A stretch of 64,000 nucleotides of DNA, taken from NCBI GenBank assembly GCA_002633005.1, contig NMRA01000001.1:748908-812907 (forward strand). The letters are read 5' to 3'. A program made the position numbers and the translations under genes. Positions 25,401-37,600 of the stretch are shown here, one piece after another. Source of the stretch: Phoronis australis (Eukaryota > Animalia > Phoronida). The notes under the pieces were generated by a model that saw only the letters and a list, made by a program, of their open reading frames with translations, did no database searches and was not told the DNA's origin. Each line of letters starts with the position of its first letter. Positions within the stretch are counted from its first letter, which is position 1.

Positions 25401-28400
25401 GTCTCACTAGTTCATATCGGATAGTTAGATTGTTACCAATATCAGATCAAACAATTATGATATTTGATCTTTTTCAAATTTCAAAGGCTTTCAATGGTAG
25501 CAGAATACAAAAATGATGAAGCAATTTTGAGTTATTAAGTGTTTTATGAAAAAATGAAACACAGCAATTTGTTGAGAATGAGTAAATTTTACAGTAGGCT
25601 GTAATAGTTTTGTTAATATGAATAACCCAGTCAGCAACAATTACAAACAACCATAGGCCGCATTTCACTAAACTCAAACACAGGCAATTGACATTACTTA
25701 CTTGGTTTCTAAGTTTATTTCGCACACTCGTCAACTACGAAGTATGGATATTTGGTTTATTTTGCACACCCTTACTTTCGGGAAAAATATACTTCATTTA
25801 TACTGAACAAAGCAAGTGGGTAATTACCGTGCAGTACAGAGCAGGTCTACAAATTTCAGTTATTTCAAAACATAGGTATGTGAGAACTAGGGACAGAACA
25901 GGACAGAGACAGACAGTTGCTTGAAACACACACGAACTCACCTGAATATCCTCGAGGTAAAACAATCTGAGTGCCTTCCAATGGCCTGCCTCTAAATGAT
26001 GCTGTTTGCACTAAAATGTAAAACGTAATTGTATTGCACGCTCAATTGCAGATTCTGTATTACATGGAAACAAATTATTTTATCAATCGTTTTATCATCA
26101 GGGTACAATGTTTAGTAAAACATCAATTCGCCAGACACGACCAGGCAGAATTACAAGATTGCAAAACAAAGAAACCCTGAAATTCTGTCCCCAACAGACA
26201 ACACACAGTTGGCAACAGTCAAAAATGAAATAAAAACGAATTGAAGAACCAGCAAACTGAGCAAATGTCCATTGTTTAAAGAACATAAGGATCCCGACCT
26301 ATTTCAGCTGTCATTGCTTTTTTTAAAAAATCATGGTCCAGAACCAATTATGCCATTGCTTTGGCCTAATGACGAAATCACAAGGCTTAGCTGTACAGCA
26401 GATGATGAAAATGAATGGTCAATCTGCCTTTGTGGTACTAACATCACAGAAACAATACCAAGTCAAGCATTGTTCATACTGTTGAACACTGACCATGTAG
26501 TTCATATTTACCACAACAAAAAATGAAAGTGCTCCGGAGAGTGAACACTTGCGGGAAGTGAACAAAAAAGTATAATGAAGATGATTTATGATACTAAGGA
26601 TAATGCGAATTTTCATTAATAAAAAAAGTACTAACAAATATTACAAAAAGCTCATGATTTTCAAAAAGCCTCAAGTTTTTTAAACATGGCTGTACGAAAT
26701 GAGAATATATGTTCTGTAGGATATTATCAAGTTTAATTCGTTAGTAAAAACTGTCTGTCAGTCAGCCAGCCAAAATGAAAAAATATCGACATGTGTGTGC
26801 AAGATCACAAGGCTCATTCATATTATAATCAAAGAACACTTGAACAAAAAATATCACATGAAGAATTCAGTTACACAAAAGCACAATGTTACACTGCACC
26901 TGGATTTTCCTTGTCTTAGCAAGCTCATTCCCCTTTGGGAGACCTGGGAATTTTGCCAAGTTGACGTCATTTATCAAGTCGTTCGATAAACTGGTCTTCT
27001 ACTGACAGGGAGTTTGTGCTGAAGTGCATATTAAGAACTGACAATATGCATTCCGTCAAAACTAGTTGAAGAGTTATAACACTAAAATATATTTCACCAA
27101 CTTACACAAAACTAATTTTTTAGTTTTTTGTTTGTACTTTGTATACAAGTAAAGAAAGGAGTACCGGTACTGTGTATGCCATTACACTGGAACATAGATG
27201 CACCAGAAGTCTGACGAATTTCGCAGTCATGGCCACTATATGTGACATGCGTGATAACCTTCTGCTCTGGCGAGATTCACAATCTCGTCACTACACAACT
27301 TGTGCGATTACCTACTGCTTGACCTTCGACCTGGGTTAGACAAGGAATGATCCCGATCGAAGGTCAAGCAACAGCAAGTCACAGCGATTGCCAATCATAG
27401 CAATGAACATGCATGGTATAACGTCACATCTCCTGGCCCGCACAATGTTAAAAATGGCTAGTTGCCAATTTGGGCAACCGAACAAAGGACTGCTCGAAAA
27501 AGTTTGATTATAGGAGTATTTGTTAGAGTTGGAAAGAATTAAAGTAAGTAAGTAATAAGCAAGTGAAATGTTTTACATCTGTATAGAACAAGTTTACAGC
27601 AAAACATTAGCACAAGTGCTAGTGACCGATAAAAAATGAGAAATTAATGTGGACGAAAAAGAGAGAAGGGCTGTACAGAAAGTATACAAACATACATGAC
27701 TTATTAAGCATCAAAAGATAGTGTAGGCAAAGTTGGCATTCACAAGCTTGGCGTATATGGCGACTTAACTCATTAATAAAGGTATTGAGAGCTTGGCAAC
27801 AGCTTATACATTCAGGTAACTTGTTCCATTAAGATGCCCCCTGGTGGTGAATAGAATTAAGCCCACAGGATGTAGTGGCGAACCTTACAACACATAGAGA
27901 GCTTTTTCCCCATACCTCATAGGGCAGACGTCCGAGCACAAAACATTGGAGAGGGAAAGCAACCCCAGGACATTGTAGCTTTTGAAAAAAAAGCGAAGCG
28001 GAGTTTGATTTAGACAGTAAGATGGAATATGACGACTGGTGGTCATTGAAAACAAATTTTAAGGCCCGATATTGAATCTAAATATAAAGACATTGACGGC
28101 CTCCTAAGATGCCCCTCTATGCACAAAAGGTAGTTATATCAACGTTATTTTGACGTTTTAATTAGTGTGAGATAGAATTCGCCGAAAAGCTTCCAGCGTA
28201 AGAGCTTCAACGTCTCGACTGATCGTCGAGACGGTGGCACCTGAGTAAGGCCTGGCTTAAAAGGGCAGTGCCAGAGTAAATCACCTTCGTTATTTTTGTC
28301 CGATTGTCGAATTGAAGACGTAAAGTACTTCTCAACATTTGCTGAGCCGTCATATTCAATATTACACGGGATAAGGTGGCAGGTAACTTCTTCACTTCTT

Positions 28401-28432
28401 TCTATAGACGACAAATCTACAGATAACGACAT
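22488..28432 (-). CDS. RNASEH2C: Ribonuclease H2 subunit C, copy 2 (4 exons, 144 aa)
   Basis: Exons 28432-28285, 26010-25942, 23686-23526, 22544-22488; exon sizes (148/69/161/57) and protein match copy 1. Candidate AATAAA on the - strand at 21861-21866. Confidence 0.93.
24620..25020. repeat. 129-bp tandem repeat x3 (duplicate copy)
   Basis: Paralogue of 10101-10500. Confidence 0.85.
27750..27850 (-). mobile_element. 3' fragment of a CR1/L2-clade LINE, copy 2-specific
   Basis: Minus strand translates QGAS*WNKLPECISCCQALNTFINELSRHI, resembling the WN.LP....F...L C-terminus of CR1/L2 ORF2. Confidence 0.45.
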
Positions 28433-28721
28433 TTTTCACAACCACAACAAACTTTCTCGGGTGCCGAATCTTTCCCGCCACTTGTCAAAGGTAGAAACAA
28501 CGAACTCTCTGATTCGTCAATTTCGTGAAAACTTTTCATTAACCAATCACGACGCTATTTATTATTGTTGGCTTGTAGTAATGGCCGCTTCCGTGACGTT
28601 GCTCCGACCATAGGCTATAGTCTATGCTCAGACTTATTTTTTCAGTTGATGTCGTCCTTTTTGCTCCCGTGATTTCGAAGACAAATGCTTATTTAATGTG
28701 AGAATTGGAAATATTTGGAAA
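28433..28721. promoter_or_regulatory. Bidirectional promoter RNASEH2C / SMIM26-like (copy 2)
   Basis: Appears identical to 14039-14327. Confidence 0.6.
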
Positions 28722-31700
28722 ATGCCAAAATATAGATATGTAGATCCAGCGAAGGGAGGCAAGTGGCTTGGAAGAGTTCACATGTTCTATTTCTTCTGTG
28801 CCTGGAATGCGTTTGCATTTGCTGCTTACGGATGGTACAAAAGCAGAAAAGCCAACCCTGCCACTGAGAATATGAGTAGTCGTAAGTATTTAAAAATGCG
28901 TCTGAGATCCTGTCGTAGCACTTTTGAATTTAAAGGGAACCCGGTGAATGTCCTTGGAAGGCGGGNTATTTTCTTCAAAAATATTTTTTGTTACACTTTT
29001 ACTACCTCGTGGGGGCGCTGTGATCAGTTTCATTTTTAGAAAATTACATTTTTCACCAAAATAAATGTTCAGTCAACGCTGCAGTGCATCAAAACATTTT
29101 AGAATACAAATATGCTCTTTTTGGATAGTCACCAACACAACACCTCTCAGTTTCTATATTATTTGATAGGAATGAAATTGATTTAAAATTTGTTGAAATT
29201 TTAGGGTCCAATTTAATTTTGTTTAATTAAAAATGCATATTATCATTTTTTGTCATTTTGTTTGCAACTTGAGATTGCGAAAACATTGATCTTACTTGGG
29301 AAAAAAGATTAATTTACATAACCTCACAGGTTTTAAAATTAATAGCGAAATACTCTGAAAAAGACTAGTTTTCTGGTTTTTGCTCATTTTGAATTCATTT
29401 GTTATGCAAATTTCATTTTTTAGAATTATTTCAAAATCTTTTGGAGCAAAAGAAACATGTTCATTAAACCATAGTAATTCCTGAAGTGTTTTATCATTTT
29501 CAAGGTAACAAGTTGCTCTCTTTTTAAAACATCACTTGTTCAACTTGGCTTCAGGGGCAAAAATGTCCGGTCGATGGTGAATTTTTCAATTTTTGTTGTT
29601 CTTGTTTGTGCAAAATATAATAGCTTGTGGTTTGGTGTCTATGCCATGTTGTTAACTTACTTGCAAAGGACTCTCCATCTTGTTTTAAGAGCATTGTGAG
29701 CTATGGATTCCCAAATATAGTTGTCTAAACTTGCCATTTTCTGTGGCCTGAAATTTCTGGGTGCCGTTTGCTGAAAAAAGGCCATTTTTGAGGCTCTAAA
29801 ATTCAAATAACTCGAGAACCATCGAACCTAGTTATCTCAAACCGAAGTAATGACCTCCAATCCATTCTAACTCGTATATCAAAAAATTACGCTTTGTGAA
29901 CTAGTGAAAGTATATATTTTCTGAAACAAAAAAGATCAGGGAATATGAAAGTATGTTTTATATTTATGTACCATTATTATTATTATTACGTTAACACCTT
30001 TTACAGTCATTTTTTTCATTTTAAGAAAGGTTCATTCATACCAAAATAACCCCTCGGTCGATTTTAATGAAACCTTTTTTAAATGAAAACTTCCCCAGTT
30101 ACCTCAAAAATGCGGTCAGGAATTTTTGAATAATCTTCCCTTTGGGTTTCTGTGACAAATCAACTCACAAAACGTAAGGTATTTTTGTAAAAAATGGTAG
30201 TCGTTGTCGTATTCGTTTTTGTTACATCACACATAAACTAGGCCTATCAAGAATCCTGAAAGCGCTTTGAAATTGGGGAGTAAATATTGATTTAGGAAAG
30301 TTCCAGCGAAATCCACCTAGCCGTTTTTTGAAAACTCATGTTCCTAAGTTCAAATTAAGTCGTTTTGCCAAAGCCGAGAAAAAACGATTAAGTTGGGACA
30401 TGTAAAAATGTCAAGGTCGGCAGTTAATTATTCGTAGAAAACTTGTTTTCTGTCAACGTAACCTGTACACTCCTTAACCGCATTGTCAACTGACTTTACA
30501 GTGCGTAATTAGCTTAATTATCACAAGAACGTTGATTTCCAATGCATCCAGTTCAACTAGGTCAAGGGCGGAGCCAAAATATTAAGTGGGCCAAGCTGGT
30601 GCATTGTGATCCACTTTAAAGTAGGTCAACAGTTCATTGTTATACACACAACGCGCCGGGAAACTGATATGAAACCCAAGTAAGAAATGGATAACAGAAA
30701 TCGGGTCGGTGGTTTAAGCACGTCATGTGCATGATATAAAAATGGCAAAATGTCAAATTACCTATCAGATTAAGGAATTTGGGTAAGGATTGTCTCTTTT
30801 CACAACTTCCTGTGTTTGTGAACAAAAAGTTACAGAGGCATGAGGCAAGTCCTAACATTTGTTCTTTATCAACGGTCGTATGCATGCAGACACGCAACTC
30901 CCTCAGGATCAAACTATGTTTTTTTTTGTTTTCCCTGCGTCGTATTAATCATATGTATGCGTCGTTGAATCAATATTATGGCGACTCGGTGAATGAAAGG
31001 ACTGAGGGTACACACGTAGTTGCTCTGCGCCTGACAGAAGATTCCATTTGAATGACAGCCCCGTACTAGTAAGCTTTGACTTCGAATAAGTAGTTTTGCA
31101 GTTCAAAGGTGATTTTGCTAAATGCATGATATATATTTCGTATTTGAAATTCACAAGAATGAAGATAAGTTATTTTGCTAGATTTATGTGACATGTTGTA
31201 GAAATGGCCATTTTTTTGATTTATGTTTGAGTTATCTATAAACAAGTGCATCCCCTTTGGGCTAAGACCACGTCTCACCACGTCCCGGGACTAAGTCATA
31301 GACTATATTCAGTAAAGGTACTTCCACTGCCTCCTATCCAGCGCATTGAAATCAACCAGAAGTTATTCAAGTTACTCAATCTCGTCACTGTGTAACTTAA
31401 TTGTCATTCAAAGCCTTTTTATAGCATAATATTTTGTTTGAGAGGTTCTAAAAAAGATCGAGAAAAGCTCCTATGTTCGGATGTTTGTGATAACACACTT
31501 GCTATTATGCCGCGATTTGGACCCAGAAATAGAAATGCATAGGAACATCACATTTTCGAAAATTTTGCAGGTCTTGGATTGTTTTTCCAATTCAGGTATT
31601 ATGATGGAGGCAATTTAGCACTTGAAATTGTTTGTTTGGATTAATCTCTGTGGTCCAGGGATGTTGAGAAGGATTAAGATTGACATGGTCCATAGCTCCG

Positions 31701-32821
31701 TAATATTTGCTTACTGTAATAATTTACAGCCCTACGTAAATGTGGCTTAATTATTGTTCTTTTTAATTTTGGCATTTTTAGCTCTGTACAGGGTTTTAAT
31801 GAATTTGTAGGTCAATTTACACTAGAGTGCATCAGTACAAAAATGTTAAAGATGCTATGTTTCGTTGAAACAGTGAATATTCAGATTTGTATCTAGCGCC
31901 ACCTAGTGAGTTGCTGGAGAATTGCGTGTACAAGTGTAATCAGGAAAACAAACAATTTGTAAGTAAATGGCGGCTTTCAAGAAAACACTACAACTGATAC
32001 ACTTAAAAACAAGTGTTAACATAATGTAAAAAACCTAATAATTCAAATAGTATGCAATCAATATTTGATAATGAAATAAACAGGTTAGGTTAACAATGAA
32101 ATATGACCATACTCTTTTACATAAAAATAGTCTCACAAATGGAGACTTTTGCGAGATTTTGTTATGGTAACTGGTTGTCGAATGGTTTCCAGCACACCGG
32201 AAGACCGAAGTTGTTTGTAAACTAGCACTTCATTTGCATATTCACAAATTAATGAGGCATAGCATCTTTAGCTCGGTTCCAGTTTTCACCATTTGTTCTA
32301 GGTTTTTACGACTCTGGTCAAAAGACATGCATAAAAAGTAACAAATTAGCAAGTTTGTCTGTTGTTTTGCAACTTATAATAACGGAAAGTTGAATTTTTT
32401 GTTTCATTCAACCCATTCTTCTGAAAATGTCAGAATTTAAAATATGTTTGAAAGGAAATATTTTTTATTACCAATCATAATAAATGAAACATTGCTGCAA
32501 AATCCACTTTTGAGTGCATTTTTATATTGCTTAGAATTCAACGTCAACCAATCTGAATGTAATATGTTTGCAGTTCTGGGAAATTACGGATACCAGTTAC
32601 AGTCCTTGTCATGACCCTATGTTTGTTTGTGTTATGATGCGTCTTGTTTTGTTGTTTCAGTTCAAAAGTACATGTATTACCTGAACACCAAAGCTGATAA
32701 CATAAAGGTAATTAAGGTATCAGGACTGGCCAAAGTGGACAGTAAGACTGTGACTAGGGAGGAAATGCTAGGTCTTGAACAACAAGTAGATGGCGCTGAT
32801 CAAAGGACAGGCTCTTTGTGA
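28722..32821 (+). CDS. Small single-pass membrane protein, SMIM26-like, copy 2 (2 exons, 106 aa)
   Basis: Exons 28722-28881 and 32661-32821. Differs from copy 1 by one S>T near the C-terminus plus synonymous changes. The 3'UTR continues, with AATAAA at 32976-32981. Confidence 0.75.
28967..31237. mobile_element. Same Kolobok-like family, in the SMIM26-like copy 2 intron, with ~860 bp extra 5' sequence
   Basis: 29826-31237 matches 14581-16000; 28967-29825 is absent from copy 1 and begins at an N. Confidence 0.65.
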
Positions 32822-34386
32822 TTTGAAGTTGTTAACCTTAATCATGAAACGCTTTGAAAAGGATTTGTGTGACTGCTTGGAAAGGGACTGACTAAACTGG
32901 ACTGGCAAAATGGTACAGTACTAAACTGGACTGGCAAAAGTGTACAGTATAAAACAGGAGGAAATGCCAAGTCTGAATAAAGGAGTGGATGGTGCAGATA
33001 TATGGACGGATTCTGCAATCAAAGTTTACCTTAAGGACAAAACCTTGTGAACAGGATTGTTTTGAATAAGGTCTGGGTTAAAGGAGGAATTTTTGTGATC
33101 ACTAAAGGAAATGTTTTCAGTTGTTTGAGGTTTCAAGTTATGAGAGATATTTTGTGTGCGACACTGTTGTTTGGACACTGTCCAGAGACCACATGAGGAG
33201 TGAGTTGGCCTGCTGCAATTATTGAAAGGAACTCCTGAGTATGGGAGAATTTACTTTGAACGCTTAACGATATTGTTTGAGTTTCTCTTATTGTCACCAG
33301 TTTAGAGGACAGAATGACTCACCAATCAAAATAAAGTCTCTAAAATGCGAACATTTTCTAAGTTTCAGTCCTGTATGTGTTAATCAAATTGCATAAATTG
33401 ATGTTTCCATTAATTTAGGTGAAGCTGAATGTTACTGTCATGGTCACTTTGTTGATGCGCTACCACAAATTAAGAAAAACAACCTTACTAATTCTATATT
33501 AAGTTCTGTTTCTTTTGAAAGAATTATGTCATTTTCATTGAAGGACCATTGTTTGGAGATACGTTTTGACTAATCATTAGTTTGTATTGAAATTCTTTTT
33601 CAAAATGAAGCAGAGACAGTATTTTTTAATATTCTTGGTGGTAAGTATTAACTGTTTTGACAAGCTGTGTGCACTTTAATTTGTGAATGACATCAATTGT
33701 GAGAAAGCTTGGTAAAGTGAAAGCCATTTCCATGATAAAAGCAATTACCGTACTCATCTAGGTTGATGTTCAGGGTGCTTAAAAACCAGGGATGTGGTTT
33801 AATACAAGGTAGGATCAGAGCTGTGAATTTTGCGTTCGCTGAATTTTGGTAGTTCCTTCCCTTTTAGTGGACTTTTGTCTCGTTTTCTCGGAATTTTAGT
33901 TTCTCTGAGGAGGTCCTTTTTGCCCACTTCACCAAATGGGGGGCTCATTTGAGCCCCCGAGCTCCCTCTGGGTGCGTGCCTGTTGTAGGACTGTCAAAAT
34001 TGTTCAATTACTTCCTGATATGCTTCAGGTCTTTTGTAGCCATTAAAATCTTATTCTTCTTGATTGGTTTTCTTTCGTTTGAAGGCTGCACATTTTATAG
34101 TCCTGTGAGAAAATGAGACATATGATATTTTGGCCAAATTTGAACAGAGGTCAAACATGAACCCATTTTTGCATCAATGGTACGTTTTATTGAGAATGGA
34201 GCAAAGTCATATGGAGTTGTGCACAAACGTGTTGATCTCTTCGGATTCCCATATACTAATGACAAGAGAAAGGAAGCCTTTCCATGGATAAAATATATTG
34301 AAGTTGATAATTATGATACAAAACAATAAAAATAGTCATACTTTGAAATTATGCATTTCTTCGATTTCTGCTGAATGGGGGTCCCT

Positions 34387-34520
34387 ACATTTTACTTGAA
34401 AATCACATATTTTACTTGAAGGACATATATTTTACTTGAAAGTTACATATTTTACTTGAAAGCGACATATTTTACTTGACTGTTACGATCTTACTTGCAG
34501 GTCACATATTTTACTTGAAG
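34387..34520. repeat. ~20-bp minisatellite (acatattttacttgaa...) x7
   Basis: Seen directly; lies between the convergent SMIM26-like and countin-like 3' ends. Confidence 0.85.
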
Positions 34521-34651
34521 TATCCTATGCCGATGTTGGCCACTGTATTTCTCAACCAAATTTAAACCTAGAAGCGGATTTTCTGTTTAACAGATTCTCT
34601 CACATAGGAATCTGACAATAAATTTTTGGTAAAAACCGGAGGCCGTGGGAT

Positions 34652-37600
34652 TCAGGGGTTTCGTCTTTGCTCAATTATGGTGAAGTTGGTTGTTCCCTCG
34701 TCATAGATTTGACTGTGCGGGTGCTTGCTACCACATTCTCCATAACAGAGAGCTGGAAAAGAATTTGATAGTTGAAGAAGAAATATCTTTATGTGATGAA
34801 TTTGAGTGTTCTCTGTGGAGAAATGTGACATATTATACAAATTGTGGAGTTGTCAGCCAATTTATAACAACGAAATGTGAAAATCGTTCCATTGTGGGAA
34901 AATCGTCCCATTGCGGCAAAATCGAAGGCATCTACAGCGAAACTAATGTACAAAACTGACATAAAATAAATTAAGTTTTCGGCACAAAAAACGCGTAAAA
35001 GGATCAATGTTAGCGTTATCGAAAAGTTAAATTTTTCTTGGTTTCACCGCTCAAACTGTATCCTTTTTCGTCATATAAAGTGGTCTTATATTCGACTCTC
35101 GTTGACACTGTTCAATTTTTGGGAATCCCTGCAAACCCTATAAGATTTTAACTGTGGCTCCAAAAGTATAGCTTATGGGCTTACATGTATATCCTAAAAA
35201 TTGTTTGCGAAAATTCCATGGAAATCGGTTTGACTGTGGAAAGTGTCTTTGTGGACCACAGCAATCTAAAAGTAAAAGTATTTTTTACGTGACGTGGAGA
35301 ACATTGATTAGTTACCCAGTTTGACTTTGTAGACTCCGGGGACCCACATTTCACAGGGCTGTTGCATAGGGTCGCAGTTCGGGTCTGGTCTGGCCTTGAC
35401 TGAGATTTTAGAACCGTATGACGATGGAGGTTGTTGTCCAAGAATGAACCCGCTCTCTGTAACGAGGACATGGAGTTTAAACAGGCCCTTGGAGATGTTC
35501 GAGTTATTGCTCTTATTACCTCCAATGGCTTATTGAGCGCTTAATAAACATTGTGCGCTTCACACGAAATACAAAGTTAAAGCAACATGTTCCAAGAAAT
35601 AAGGCAACGAACTCTTCGATGCCTCGGTTGATAGTTCTTCAAGTGTCCCTGTAAAAATACTTTTAATACTAGTTGTTGATTCAGCAAAAACGTCCGTGGT
35701 CATCATATTGTGTACCCATAAGCAATTTTCGGATGTTTGTAATCAAATCAGATGCGATGTTTTTATTGGAAGATTCCCGTTGCTACCACAGATGCGATTT
35801 GTTAAAGTTTAAAGAGCTTTGTGTTGAACTCGTGATTTTGTTTATTCTTTTGGCTTGTGAATGATACTTACCTACTGGTATTCCGTCCACGGTTTCAATT
35901 TCCAAAACCATTTCTCCTATGCCCGTGCCATTTTTAGACGTGTATTGTACCTCTACCACAAATGTCCCTGTTGAAAGAAATTATGAACATTGCTGAGGCG
36001 TCTTCATTCGCATGCATTACCAGCTCGTTGTGTACTCTAACTGTCCCTTTTTAGTCGCAAATAGACTGGGAACGGTGAAATCCTAGTCTCACCATTTTCG
36101 GGAAAAATATACCCATTTTCAATTGCCTTCGACATTGTTGTGAGTGCTCACAATTTTTCAAATGATCATGTGTTGTAGATTCGACCGGTTCAAATCTACA
36201 AAAATTTGTCCTTTGGCTACTCATCTTGACCGAAAAGTGCAAAAAAGATTTTACTCAATCCCCCAGTGTGGCGACAAGATTTTGCCTTGCATAGGATGTT
36301 CCGGTATGTAGATCAATTTTGCTCAAACAATTCAACACAAAATGGTACAACTGGTTCGTTTGGGGAAATACTCAATATGAACGTGTAGCCAAACGTTGCT
36401 CAGTGGTAAGGGTTGGGCACTGAGAGATAAACTTCACTAGGTAAGTAAACGTACAATAGGTAGATATTTAAGTTCAGACACCCATCGCTAACTAGGGACC
36501 GCCGGGTTCTAATCTTTTTACTGGAAATGGAACTCGAAATCCTGTTTGGTATTTTCTACTCCACTTTTGTACCAACTCAAGATCAGTGTCTATTATTCTA
36601 TGCTGGATTACTTAATGACTTACCTGGATAATTTTTAGTCCTAGTTTGCTGTTGATAAGCTTAACATTAAGGTTAAAACTGAGTTCGAGTTTTTACTCGA
36701 GTTTGCACAGATATAAGAGTTATCAAGTGCAAACTTGGACTAGAAATTCATATGCGTAAACTACAATGTACAGTGTATTCTACCACGGTCTAATAACCAC
36801 ATATCTCGAGTTCGCACACAAGAAACAGAGAAATTGCCAAAAATAATTTCGAGTTCGTTGCGAGTACGAAGATCAGATTCCAGGCCCAGCCTCCCGTTCA
36901 GTAACGCTGGGACCTCGCTAAAAAGCAAGACGTCGCGAAATTACGCGAGATACTGCTGTGTTTTTTAAATAAAAACACGTGACTTTGGCTAGATTTTAGC
37001 TAGGTACTAGCGAAGGTCCCAGCGCTACTGAATGCACGCCAGCTCTCCTTCAGCGACTGGGACCGCATAGGCCCGTGTCTGCTTTTACATTGCTAGGTTA
37101 GTCTCACTAATTACATATTAATCGCCTACGTACGTAAATTATGCACATACTTTCTCAGAAGACACAAAATCATGCCTGATTTATTAGAAAATGGGATTAC
37201 GTTGAAAAGAATCTCATAACTAATAGACTTTGAGACCAACTTTTGGTGAATGAACTTATTTGTTTGATACAGGAAAAATTGCATTTTTCGTGGTTGGTTA
37301 GAGAAATTTATCCTGCAGCCAAAGCTGTTCGTCGCCTGTATAGAAATACTCAGACACATTGTTCGCGCTGAACGCCAAATATATTTTGATCGCCGGCAAA
37401 GTTTTCGCTCTTGAGTTATTTTGATTGCCGACTTAGTGTGCGTTATATTCTTCAGACTGTACCTTGAGGTCCTTGAGACGGAGTGACCGTCAGACTTGTA
37501 ATTTTCGCATCACCTCCGTCAAACACCTGGCAGACTTTGATGAGTTCACAGAAGTAAAAGGGATCCAGGTCGGCCCTGAAATTACAGTGAAATGAGCCGT

